A DNA stretch of 64,000 nt from the NCBI GenBank assembly GCA_021787535.1, contig JAJYLR010000001.1, forward strand, positions 556,321 through 620,320. Direction: 5' to 3'. The notes under the pieces are model-generated. The model was not told the origin of the DNA. It saw nothing but the letters and a program-made list of their open reading frames with translations, and made no database searches. A program made the position numbers and the translations under genes. The DNA is from a bacterium. Its GTDB lineage: Bacteria; Patescibacteriota; CPR2; UBA1875; JAJYID01. Below, piece after piece: positions 40,378 through 49,511 of this stretch. The number at the start of each line of letters is the position of its first letter. Within the stretch, counting starts at the first letter, position 1.

Positions 40378-41418
40378 TTAATTAAATCTTAATTTACCTT
40401 TATAAACTTCTATGTTTTTAAAATTACCTAAGGATATTATATTTGAATCAATTTCTTTCAAAGATCCGAATATTTCTTTATACTGGTTCTGCGACACAAC
40501 TCTCATAACTATTTTGTCTCCCCTATCTTCCAAGACACCTCTACCACTCCAGAAATCTACTGTCGAAGCATAGGTCGAGCCAAGAGTCAGCCAATTATCA
40601 AAATTTTCATTGCAAAGCCCCCAAGATAAAACTAAGGGGATATGGTTGTCGCCAACAAAATAATCTCCCCGAAAATCAAAGTCAACTTCATAGTAGAGCT
40701 CATTGATTATCTTCGACTTCTCGATTCTTTCTTGGCGTTCTTTCTCATTTAGCCCAGTCAGATCCTCTTTGCCATCCCACAAGATACACTTTGGCGAACG
40801 ATGCAGACGATACTCCTTTTCCTCCTTGGGTAGTTTCTGCCAGTTCTTTTTGGCTTCAGGGAATCTTTTCCTCACCTCTTGCAGAAGCTTTTCAGTATCA
40901 CACTGGTCCTGTGAACGAACATAATTTATTTTCAAATTGTCCGGAAAGTTCTTTGCGAAAACACCGATTAGTTTTTTGAAGCTTTTGGCATACTTATCCA
41001 GTGCTTCCTCTGGAAAGTTATCTATCATGGGCAAAATCACATCTTCCGATTCATAATCCAAGATCACGCCCGGTCTATGAACTGCTAATATTGGTGCGAC
41101 AAAGTCCAGCATAAATCTCAGATTAAAAAACTCAGCCCAGTCAACTTCGGGGTAAGAAGGATTCCAGAAGTGCTTATAACCGCCAAAGGCAACTATCAAA
41201 TACACGGGCTTATTATCATCAATGCTTTTTTGAATTTTCTCTAGAATATCTTTCCGAGTGTTTTCTTTGACCGAAGCTTTTCGAAATTTTTTGGCAGTTA
41301 TTTTGCCTGTAATCCACTCTGCCTTACCTTGATTTTTTATTTTTTTCTCATCATCGGGCAGTAAAGTATACTTTTTTAATTTTAATTGCTCTTCTAAAAA
41401 CTTACTATATTTGTCCAT
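40378..41418 (-). CDS. Hypothetical protein (346 aa), AT-rich, no recognised family
   Basis: Long intact ORF on the operon strand between yraN and Nudix. Contains a VAFGGYKHFWNP glycine-rich segment. Confidence 0.5.
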   Translation of the reverse strand: MDKYSKFLEEQLKLKKYTLLPDDEKKIKNQGKAEWITGKITAKKFRKASVKENTRKDILEKIQKSIDDNKPVYLIVAFGGYKHFWNPSYPEVDWAEFFNLRFMLDFVAPILAVHRPGVILDYESEDVILPMIDNFPEEALDKYAKSFKKLIGVFAKNFPDNLKINYVRSQDQCDTEKLLQEVRKRFPEAKKNWQKLPKEEKEYRLHRSPKCILWDGKEDLTGLNEKERQERIEKSKIINELYYEVDFDFRGDYFVGDNHIPLVLSWGLCNENFDNWLTLGSTYASTVDFWSGRGVLEDRGDKIVMRVVSQNQYKEIFGSLKEIDSNIISLGNFKNIEVYKGKLRFN

Positions 41419-41457
41419 TTGCGCCCTTTAAATATTATGCCTTTATTATAGCACAAA

Positions 41458-41826
41458 TCACTTATCTTCAACCGCATTTTTCAGCCACTCTATGTGTCCG
41501 CTTTCGTAATCGATGGATACGATATCTATCCGCCAATCCTGCTTTTCCGGATCTATGTCCTGTTCAATCAAATAATTCTTGGACGTTACAATAAGTTTTT
41601 TCTTTTTCTTCTCCGTGACCATCTCATATGGTTTTCCAAATCTTGAAGTATTTTTTGCCTTCACTTCGACAAAAATTAGTTGTTTTCCAGATTTGGCGAC
41701 AATATCTATCTCGCCAAATCTGGTGCGATAATTTCTCGTGACAATTTTAAGTTTGTTGTCTGATAAAAAATCACATGCCAGCTCTTCGCCTGATTGTCCG
41801 ATCAAGTGAGTATTAACCATTTGCAA
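41458..41826 (-). CDS. YraN family (UPF0102) predicted endonuclease
   Basis: GEELA..FL...G..I..RN.R...GEIDIVA......FVEVKA pattern. Conserved rnhB-yraN pairing with a 14-nt overlap. Confidence 0.8.
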   Translation of the reverse strand: MQMVNTHLIGQSGEELACDFLSDNKLKIVTRNYRTRFGEIDIVAKSGKQLIFVEVKAKNTSRFGKPYEMVTEKKKKKLIVTSKNYLIEQDIDPEKQDWRIDIVSIDYESGHIEWLKNAVEDK

Positions 41827-42418
41827 ATGCCTTTACCGGTTTGAAGCTTTTTCGGTGAACGCGCGAAACCCCATGTTTCTTAATCAACTCTTGATGCTCC
41901 TTTGTTCCATATCCTTTGTTTTTGTCAAAGCGATAAATTGCCGCCTCCGGCACCTCTGAAATATGTCTGTCTCTTTCAACTTTTGCAAGTATCGAAGCAC
42001 AAGAAATGGAGTAGCAGACACTATCTCCACCCTTTACCGCTATCGAATCTTGTTCGCTGTAGCTAAAGGCGTCAATTAACAAAGTATCGACCTTCATCCC
42101 GAGTGCTCCGACTGCCCTTTTTATCGCAATATTTGTAGCCGCTGTCATGCCAAGCTCGTCTATCTCATAATGTTCAGCCCGGCCAGTTGAATAAGTTTTG
42201 GCTCGCTTTTTAATTTCCGTACATAACTTTTCTCTTTGCTTCGCCGTAAGCTTCTTCGAATCGTCTGCTCCGCGAATTTGGCGGCAATTTTTGGGAAATA
42301 CGACAGCCCCAACATATAGCGGACCAGCCCAAGAACCTCGTCCGACCTCGTCTATGCCGCAGAGGATTTCTTTTCCTTCCGCCCAAAGTGATTTTTCATA
42401 TTCTAAACTCGGCGCCAT
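41813..42418 (-). CDS. rnhB: Ribonuclease HII
   Basis: GIDEVGRGSWAGPLYVGAVV (DEVGRG catalytic motif); 201 aa. Confidence 0.9.
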   Translation of the reverse strand: MAPSLEYEKSLWAEGKEILCGIDEVGRGSWAGPLYVGAVVFPKNCRQIRGADDSKKLTAKQREKLCTEIKKRAKTYSTGRAEHYEIDELGMTAATNIAIKRAVGALGMKVDTLLIDAFSYSEQDSIAVKGGDSVCYSISCASILAKVERDRHISEVPEAAIYRFDKNKGYGTKEHQELIKKHGVSRVHRKSFKPVKAFANG

Positions 42419-42496
42419 AACTCAAGTGTAAAATGTCAAAGGTTAAATGTAAAATGTGAAATTTTATTTTTTCTTAATGATAGATATAATTAATGT

Positions 42497-43039
42497 ATGT
42501 TTAATTTTGACATGGAATTTGCTTTTAAAGGAGAATCTGGGAAACATAGACCAGAGGTTGTTTCAGATACACTTCTTTTAACCATACCTCCCTTAAGAGA
42601 AGGGTCTCCGTATCATGTGCTTGAATCAATTGAGGAAATCAACAGCTACGTTGAGGAACCTTTGCGAGAAACAGTAAGATCTTTGTACAAAAAGAATATT
42701 GAGACAACATCATCTTCGGCAAATAAAAACGATGTGGAGCGAAAATTCGCGAGTATTGGGATCCTTTATGACCAGCTATCTCTGGAAAATAAGGCAATAG
42801 CCGATATGCTAGTTAAAGAAAAAGCTGCTGACAAAGAATATTTCTTATTTCCTCCCGAGGTTGGAGAGTTTGCATTCAGTATAGAAACTTGTAAAAGCTT
42901 TATGAGAACAAAAGAATACAAGGTTTTGAATATCCTATTAGGAGTCAACGGGGAGACAACAGCAGGAGATATAGAAGAAAAATTTGCGATAATTACAAAA
43001 AAATTCAAAGATCAAAGTCCAGAAAAAACAGGCAAATAG
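42497..43039 (+). CDS. Hypothetical protein (180 aa)
   Basis: Plus-strand ORF divergent from rnhB; no family recognised. Confidence 0.4.
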   Translation: MFNFDMEFAFKGESGKHRPEVVSDTLLLTIPPLREGSPYHVLESIEEINSYVEEPLRETVRSLYKKNIETTSSSANKNDVERKFASIGILYDQLSLENKAIADMLVKEKAADKEYFLFPPEVGEFAFSIETCKSFMRTKEYKVLNILLGVNGETTAGDIEEKFAIITKKFKDQSPEKTGK

Positions 43040-43079
43040 AAAAATTCCCTTTCGGGAATTTTTCTAAATAGTTTTTTAA

Positions 43080-43793
43080 TTAAGCTTGACCTTCTCCTGC
43101 ACCTTTATCCTCTTCATCCTGCTTTTTGGCTTGTTCATCCTCAGACACCTTTTCAGCTAACTCACCTTCTCTGGCTTGTCCTTTCCCTAGATCTGCTTCG
43201 GCTTCTTCCAAACCTTCCTCAATTTCTTCTCGAGGATCCTTCTGCTCATCCTCAGCGACAGGACCGGCCTCTTCGTCTTTATCTATATCTTTTTCCTCGG
43301 ATTTCTCGATGTCTTCAATGCTTTCCGTATCCGCTTGAGCCATAACATCTTCAGAGATCTCGACCGGTTCTTCCTCATTTATTTCTTCCTCAATTTCCGC
43401 TTTATCCGCTGGAGACAGTTCCTCTTCCTTGACGTTCACAGCTAGAGCGTCAAATTGTTTTTCCTTCAGTTTAGCCGATTTACCGGTCAGATTTCTGAGG
43501 TAACTAATGTTTGCCCGGCGTACTTTAGCTCGTTTCACTACTTGAATTTTTTCTACCAGCGGCGAATGCAGAAGAAAAGTCCGCTCGACGCCAATGCCGT
43601 ATGACATTTTTCTGACAGTCGCAGAAGCGCCAATACCATCACCGCCCTGTTTTTTAATGACCACTCCTTCAAAAACTTGAGTTCTTTCTTTGTTGCCTTC
43701 TTTAATTTTTGTATGGACACGAACAGTATCACCCGGCTTTAAAGCAGGCAGTTTTTTGAGGTTTTGACGATCGAAGTTTTTTATTTTATCCAT
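43080..43793 (-). CDS. rplS: 50S ribosomal protein L19 with long acidic C-terminal extension
   Basis: N-terminal 115 aa are typical L19 (...[26 protein letters not shown]...). It is followed by about 120 aa of E/D/K-rich tail. Confidence 0.9.
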   Translation of the reverse strand: MDKIKNFDRQNLKKLPALKPGDTVRVHTKIKEGNKERTQVFEGVVIKKQGGDGIGASATVRKMSYGIGVERTFLLHSPLVEKIQVVKRAKVRRANISYLRNLTGKSAKLKEKQFDALAVNVKEEELSPADKAEIEEEINEEEPVEISEDVMAQADTESIEDIEKSEEKDIDKDEEAGPVAEDEQKDPREEIEEGLEEAEADLGKGQAREGELAEKVSEDEQAKKQDEEDKGAGEGQA

Positions 43794-43810
43794 TTTTCTT
43801 ATTTAAAAAT

Positions 43811-43826
43811 ATTAGCCGAAGCTAAT
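43811..43826. terminator. Small hairpin attagcCGAAgctaat + T-rich tail downstream of dnaE
   Basis: 6-bp stem, followed on the minus strand by atttttaaataag. Confidence 0.35.
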
Positions 43827-43889
43827 TTTCTTAATCTCTAACTTTAAGATTATAGTGTCTGCGCGCTAAAAAGTCAATCGTCAAAGTCA

Positions 43890-46800
43890 CTAGCTTAGGA
43901 TTTCTATAATATCTTTTTCCAAATCTTCAGAAAAATCTATACCTTGGGGCATTTTTACTTTGCGTTTCCCACTATCCGAATTTAAGTGGATAATTACTTC
44001 ATTTTTACCCGGCCACTCCATAAGTGATTTTTTCAGGCCGGCTAGTTTAGCCGTTTCAGTATCTTTCGGTACATAAATATTCAAAAGATTGCCCTCTAGT
44101 TTGAGTAATGGCTGTTTGTCTTGAATATCTTCGCCTATTTCTTCATCAATACTGCGAATACTATCAACGAGAATTTTAGGATCGCCGTCTTTCATATTGA
44201 CTTTGCCGTTTACAAGAACAACTTTACCCTCCACAAAGAAATCGCCGTAAGAAGCTAAAATCTTTGGGAAAACCACTAGTTCTCCGCTGCCGCTTTTATC
44301 TTCAACTTTAACGAATAGCATACTCTCCTTGCTGCGGGTAAGGATCTTATGGATATTTGATATAACACAAGCAACTCGCACTTCTTGAGATGCTCCTATT
44401 CTCCCTAGATCAATCATCTTTGTAATAGAGGAAGAATCCAAAATATCTTTATAGGTGTCCAAAGGATGCTCGGATATATAAATCCCCAGAAGCTCTCTCT
44501 CCCAAGAAAGTTTTTCTTTGGAAGATATTTCACTCGGAGCTTTGGCGAGATTGAGCCCCGGCATTTCTATGCCAACTCCGCCAAAGAGGTCAACCTGGCC
44601 GTTTTGCGCATGCTTTTGCGACTTTTGGGCAAAGTCTAAAATCTTTTCTAAGTTATGGAGCAGAGTGGCGCGATCACCAAAGGCGTCCATAGCCCCGCTT
44701 TTTATAAATGATTCCATAACCTTTTTATTAATTTCTTTTGAATCTACTCTCTTGGCAAAATCTTCTATTGACTTAAACTCACCTCCTTTTTCTCTGGCTT
44801 CTATAAGAGCGTTTATAATGCCAGTTCCGACATTTTTAACAGCCAGAAGACCGAATCTGATATTGCCGGTTTCCTTTACTACCGCAAATTCTAGAAATGA
44901 TTCATTGACGCTTGGCGGCAAGACTTCTATGCCAAGTTTTCGGCACTCGTCGATATCGATGGCGATACGGTCAGTATCAGAATAGTCGCTGGTCATAAGA
45001 GCCGCCATAAAAGCCGCCGGAAAGCGGGCTTTCATATAAGCTGTCCAATAAGCAATCAAGGCATAACAGGCCGCATGAGCTTTTACAAAACCGTATTGGG
45101 CAAATTTTTCAAAGTCGTCAAAGACTTGCTCCGCTGTTTTTCTCTTAACCCCATTGACTACCGCGCCTTCGATAAATTGAGCTCTCATCTTCTTCATCAT
45201 CCGGGCAATTTTCTTGCCCATGGCTTTTCTAAGAGTATCTGCTTCACCGCCGGTAAAACCGGCCATTTCCTTGGAAATCTGCATCACCTGCTCCTGATAG
45301 ATAATAACGCCATATGTATTTTTGAGAGCATTTTCCATAAGGGGATGGGTATAGGCAACCTTTTTCTTGCCTTGTTTACGGGCGATAAACTCGTCAATAA
45401 ACTGTATCGGTCCGGGACGATATAGCGCTACCATAGCCACAATATCTTCAAAAACGGTGGGTTTTAGGGCTTTCAAATATCTTTTCATGCCGGCCGACTC
45501 AAACTGGAAAACTCCTGTTGTCTCACCCTTCGCCAGAAGAGTATAAGTTTTTTTGTCATCGAGAGAAATATCAGCCAGTTCAACTTCTTTCCCATAAACT
45601 TTTTTTACTATGCGGATAGCGTTCTTTAAAATCGTAAGGTTCGAAAGCCCCAGAAAATCCATCTTTAATATCCCAATGTCTTCCAATGGGAACATTGAAT
45701 ACTGGGTGTTTGTGGCAATATCACCCTTGGTCGCCTTTTGAAGCGGGGTGTAGTTCACCAAGGGCTCTTTAGAAATGACAACTCCGGCTGCATGAGTCGA
45801 TGAGTGCCTGGAAACGCCTTCCAGCCGAAGCGCTATATCAATCAATTTTTTGACCCTCTCGTCGGTATTATAAAGCGACCTCAGCTCAGCTACATCTCGG
45901 ATTGCATCAGCCAAATGCGTAAACTGCGGCACCATTTTGGCAATTTTATCCACTTCTGTGTATGGCATTCCGAGTACTCTGCCCACATCGCGTACAGCAG
46001 CCCTTGCCGCCATAGTACCGAAAGTTATAATCTGCGCCACGTGATCTTTGCCGTATTTTTCCGCCACGTAATCGATAACTTCATGCCTTCTGTCATCGGC
46101 AAAGTCCATATCAATATCAGGCATAGAGATTCTATCCGGATTTAGAAATCTTTCAAAAAGGAGATCAAACTTTGTCGGTTCCAGCTCGGTAATGTTGAGT
46201 GCGTACGAAACCACAGAACCGGCGGCCGAACCTCTCCCCGGCCCTACCACAATACCGCGGTCTTTCGCCCATTTTACAAAATCCCAAACGATTAAGAAGT
46301 AAGATTCGTAGCCCATACGCTCGATAACTGACATTTCATAATCGACTCTTTCGCGCATTTCCGGCGTAATTTTTCCGTATTTTTTTACCAGGCCTTCCTC
46401 CACCAGCTTTTTGAAGTAGCTCTGAATTGTTTCACCCTCAGGAACATCGAAGTTCGGGATTAAAATTTTCCCGAGATCCAGCTCTAGGTTGCATTTTTCG
46501 GCAATTTTAACCGTATTTTCGAGCGACTCGGGCACATCTTTAAAGGCCTCGGCAATTTCATCGGGAGAAACAAAAGAGATATCTCCTTCCATTTTCATTC
46601 TGTCAACGTCTGAGACAAGTTTCCCGGTCTGTAAGCACAAAAGAGCATCGTGCGCTTCGGCGTCTTCCTTTTCGATATAATGGACATCTTTGGAAACTAT
46701 CAGAGGAATATCCAGTTTTTTAGACAATTTAATAAGTTCCTTGTTTACATTTTCCTGTTTATCCCAGCCGGGATGGTACTGAAGCTCCAGATAAAAATCC

Positions 46801-47309
46801 CCGCCAAAGAGATTTTTATAAAACAGCGCTGCTTCTTCAGCTTTTTTAAGATCGCCGTTATCAATATAGCCTGCAACCTCACCTTTCAGGCATGCGCTGC
46901 AAGCGATTAAACCTTCTGAGTGTTCAGCTAGAACCTCTTTGTCGATTCTTGGCTTGTAATAGTAGCCCTCAAGATGGGCAATACTTGAGAGTTTCATAAG
47001 GTTTTTATATCCGGTTTCGTTTTTTGCCAGTAGAATTAAATGGTTTGGCCGAGTATCGAGCCGGGCTGTCTTGTCTGTCAGCTTTCTGGGAGCTACATAA
47101 ACCTCGCAACCGATAATCGGCTTGATATCGCGAGCCCGCGCCTCTTTATAAAAGTCAATGGCTCCGTACATAACTCCATGGTCTGTAATAGCCACAGCCG
47201 GCATCCCGTACTCTTTCGCTTTATCCAAGAGCGCCGGCAGCTTGCACATCCCATCAAGAAGCGAGTAGTGCGTATGGACATGAAGATGGACAAATTGTTT
47301 TTTAGCCAA
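43890..47309 (-). CDS. dnaE: DNA polymerase III alpha subunit
   Basis: 1139 aa; N-terminal PHP domain (FVHLHVHTHYSLLDG), polymerase core, OB-fold. Confidence 0.95.
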   Translation of the reverse strand: MAKKQFVHLHVHTHYSLLDGMCKLPALLDKAKEYGMPAVAITDHGVMYGAIDFYKEARARDIKPIIGCEVYVAPRKLTDKTARLDTRPNHLILLAKNETGYKNLMKLSSIAHLEGYYYKPRIDKEVLAEHSEGLIACSACLKGEVAGYIDNGDLKKAEEAALFYKNLFGGDFYLELQYHPGWDKQENVNKELIKLSKKLDIPLIVSKDVHYIEKEDAEAHDALLCLQTGKLVSDVDRMKMEGDISFVSPDEIAEAFKDVPESLENTVKIAEKCNLELDLGKILIPNFDVPEGETIQSYFKKLVEEGLVKKYGKITPEMRERVDYEMSVIERMGYESYFLIVWDFVKWAKDRGIVVGPGRGSAAGSVVSYALNITELEPTKFDLLFERFLNPDRISMPDIDMDFADDRRHEVIDYVAEKYGKDHVAQIITFGTMAARAAVRDVGRVLGMPYTEVDKIAKMVPQFTHLADAIRDVAELRSLYNTDERVKKLIDIALRLEGVSRHSSTHAAGVVISKEPLVNYTPLQKATKGDIATNTQYSMFPLEDIGILKMDFLGLSNLTILKNAIRIVKKVYGKEVELADISLDDKKTYTLLAKGETTGVFQFESAGMKRYLKALKPTVFEDIVAMVALYRPGPIQFIDEFIARKQGKKKVAYTHPLMENALKNTYGVIIYQEQVMQISKEMAGFTGGEADTLRKAMGKKIARMMKKMRAQFIEGAVVNGVKRKTAEQVFDDFEKFAQYGFVKAHAACYALIAYWTAYMKARFPAAFMAALMTSDYSDTDRIAIDIDECRKLGIEVLPPSVNESFLEFAVVKETGNIRFGLLAVKNVGTGIINALIEAREKGGEFKSIEDFAKRVDSKEINKKVMESFIKSGAMDAFGDRATLLHNLEKILDFAQKSQKHAQNGQVDLFGGVGIEMPGLNLAKAPSEISSKEKLSWERELLGIYISEHPLDTYKDILDSSSITKMIDLGRIGASQEVRVACVISNIHKILTRSKESMLFVKVEDKSGSGELVVFPKILASYGDFFVEGKVVLVNGKVNMKDGDPKILVDSIRSIDEEIGEDIQDKQPLLKLEGNLLNIYVPKDTETAKLAGLKKSLMEWPGKNEVIIHLNSDSGKRKVKMPQGIDFSEDLEKDIIEILS

Positions 47310-47442
47310 AAAAAGCTCCTTCCGAAGTCTATTATCTACGTCCCGTTTCTCTTATTTTATCACAATAAGAGCAATACAAAAATCAAATTTTACCGCATAA
47401 AATTTTTTGCATGAATGAGATGCAGTTAGACTTCCTTAGAAT

Positions 47443-47835
47443 TCATTCAATTTCGCTGAAAGCTGATATGAGAGCGGTAATAATGTAAATCACAATATAA
47501 TAAAACGCCATCGCCGCCAGGGTCTCGAGTTCGAACCTCGGCGAAACCACACTGATGCTGCCAAGACTGTTAAAAAGGTAAAAGAAAAACCAGACAAAAG
47601 GATAGCTGATAGTATAGAAAAACGCGCTTAGCATGTTTCCTCCGACCGCCCCGAAGGCCGCAAGCACTAGGCGAATCAAAAGAATGACCTCAGCTAGTCC
47701 AAGTACCCACCAAAGCAATTTTTCGATGAAAAGCGCAGTAACATGAACCTCTCTAGGACGGGCTAATGGTTGCGCAATCGGGTGCGCTTTATAGAAAATT
47801 TCTCCTTTTGCCAAGTCTTTATTCCTTTTTTTCAT
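47443..47835 (-). CDS. Small membrane protein, paralog A (YggT-like?)
   Basis: 130 aa. N-terminal motif (GEIFYKAHP) is shared with the next two genes; the TM region is 40-50% identical by eye to paralog B. Confidence 0.5.
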   Translation of the reverse strand: MKKRNKDLAKGEIFYKAHPIAQPLARPREVHVTALFIEKLLWWVLGLAEVILLIRLVLAAFGAVGGNMLSAFFYTISYPFVWFFFYLFNSLGSISVVSPRFELETLAAMAFYYIVIYIITALISAFSEIE

Positions 47836-47856
47836 GTTTTCTCTCCTTTTAGAACA

Positions 47857-48258
47857 TTAATGTTGACTTTTTAATGCCCTTATAATTTTTAAGGCGCCAT
47901 AGAAAATGACAAAGTAAATTATCATGATCGCCAAATTTTCATACAAAAACTGGTTATTTATGAGCGGAACCTGTTGCTGGTTTGAACTTACAACCATAAC
48001 AAAGGGATAACTGGAAGCATACAAGAGATAAGTCATAAGATTGCCTCCATTTATGCCAAACATCATCAGAATCACGCGAAGCAAAAGCAATATCTCAGCC
48101 GTCCCTAGAGAGAAAAAGATTATGCCTTCCAGAAATTCCGCAACCCTTACGCTAATACGAGGCAGTTCCAGCTCATGCGAACCCGCTGCTGCTGCCGGAA
48201 TGGCTTCATAAAAAGTATTACTCTCTTCTTTCTTTTCCCTCCTTGCATCTTTTTGCAT
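47857..48258 (-). CDS. Small membrane protein, paralog B (YggT-like?)
   Basis: 133 aa; SNTFYEAIPAA motif, LGTAEILLLLRVILMMFGINGGNLMTYLLYASSYPFV aligns with paralog A. Confidence 0.5.
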   Translation of the reverse strand: MQKDARREKKEESNTFYEAIPAAAAGSHELELPRISVRVAEFLEGIIFFSLGTAEILLLLRVILMMFGINGGNLMTYLLYASSYPFVMVVSSNQQQVPLINNQFLYENLAIMIIYFVIFYGALKIIRALKSQH

Positions 48259-48382
48259 AAGAGCCTCCTAAACTTTTAGCCCAATAGTTTAACTGTTTCC
48301 AGAATAGATGAAAGATTTTTAAAGCGCCTCTGGCAGAGTTCTAATTTTTTCAAGTTATTTTGTATGAAAGTTGTCGCAAGTA

Positions 48383-48423
48383 CCAAATGGAAAAACAGCA
48401 TTTCCAGCTGTTTTTCCATTTGG
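48383..48423. terminator. Perfect 17-bp stem hairpin (ccaaatggaaaaacagc-ATTTCCA-gctgtttttccatttgg)
   Basis: Directly downstream of the HdeD-like gene stop (48438). Confidence 0.5.
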
Positions 48424-48437
48424 TAGCGCCAACTATT

Positions 48438-49055
48438 TCACGTAGTTAACGAATGTGCTCCCGTACCTAAAGCTGCCAGCGAGAACCCGCCAATGACAAG
48501 ATCTACTCCCACCAGAAGACCTAGAAACCATATCGCGCTAAGCGGCCAGCTGAAGAATACTATTACTCCAAGTACCACAGCAACTATACCACTGAAGAGC
48601 ATCCAGCCCCAGTTGCTTGCATGCCTTGAGACAGCCGATAAAACGATTTTGAAGATTCCGGATAAAACGAAGTAAATAGATAAGAGCAGAGTCAGGGTTA
48701 TAAGTCCCCCTAGAGGATAGACGAGCAACAAGATGCCAATAACCGCGTAAGTGAGAGCTACAAGAATGTGCCAGAAAAAGCCGCCCCAACCGCGGATGTT
48801 GAGCGCATGAATAAACTGCACTAAACCGGCAACCAAAAGAACAATTGCAAGCAGAATAACCGCTCCCACCGAAGTGATAGCCGGGTAAACTATGGCTAGC
48901 GCTCCAAGCAGTATCATGACTATCCCCACAGCTACTGCCCAAGCCCAATGCCTCGAAATAGCTTCAGTTTCATTTCTATCCGCATACATCGCACCGGTTG
49001 CAACTGATCGATAGAATGTTTTGCTTTTCTTTTTTTCCTGAGCCACTTTAATCAC
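48438..49055 (-). CDS. HdeD/DUF308-like membrane protein with N-terminal FYR motif
   Basis: 205 aa; N-terminus SKTFYRSVATGA is like the two downstream paralogs. The body has repeated GxLxxxxGxxLL glycine-zipper TM segments typical of DUF308/HdeD. GC-richer than neighbours. Confidence 0.55.
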   Translation of the reverse strand: MIKVAQEKKKSKTFYRSVATGAMYADRNETEAISRHWAWAVAVGIVMILLGALAIVYPAITSVGAVILLAIVLLVAGLVQFIHALNIRGWGGFFWHILVALTYAVIGILLLVYPLGGLITLTLLLSIYFVLSGIFKIVLSAVSRHASNWGWMLFSGIVAVVLGVIVFFSWPLSAIWFLGLLVGVDLVIGGFSLAALGTGAHSLTT

Positions 49056-49215
49056 CTCCTTTCTTACTTGCTTACCCCCATTATAAAAAAGGGGCTCCTA
49101 AAAACCTCTTTCATAATTACAAAAAGTATGTTGGTTATGTTTCTAGATGTTGGATCGCTTTGCTTGCGGGGACTGTATTTGCATTTCCCGCATTTCCAAC
49201 AATGCTGCCATTTCT

Positions 49216-49500
49216 TTAATCTATACCCCAAAACCTCTTTTTGTAATGAGTGCTTGAACCGTAAATTTTAAATTCTGACATATCCTCGAGATTACTTATC
49301 ACGAGTCCCATACCCAACGCAATCAAACTCAAGGAAAACTTATCCTCAAAAAGAAAGAGATAACTCGTCATCCCTGCAAATGCAAAAGCTGTACCAAAAA
49401 CCCAAAGATGAGGCATTTTGGTCTTTCTGTTTAAAATCCGTATGATACGGCCCGCGATAAAGCTAGCCGATAAAATTAAAATGTCAATCAAAACCTGCAT
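49216..49500 (-). CDS. Hypothetical small membrane protein (94 aa)
   Basis: Two predicted TM helices; sits between gatB and the HdeD-like gene on the same strand. Confidence 0.35.
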   Translation of the reverse strand: MQVLIDILILSASFIAGRIIRILNRKTKMPHLWVFGTAFAFAGMTSYLFLFEDKFSLSLIALGMGLVISNLEDMSEFKIYGSSTHYKKRFWGID

Positions 49501-49511
49501 ATTTCTTTTCC

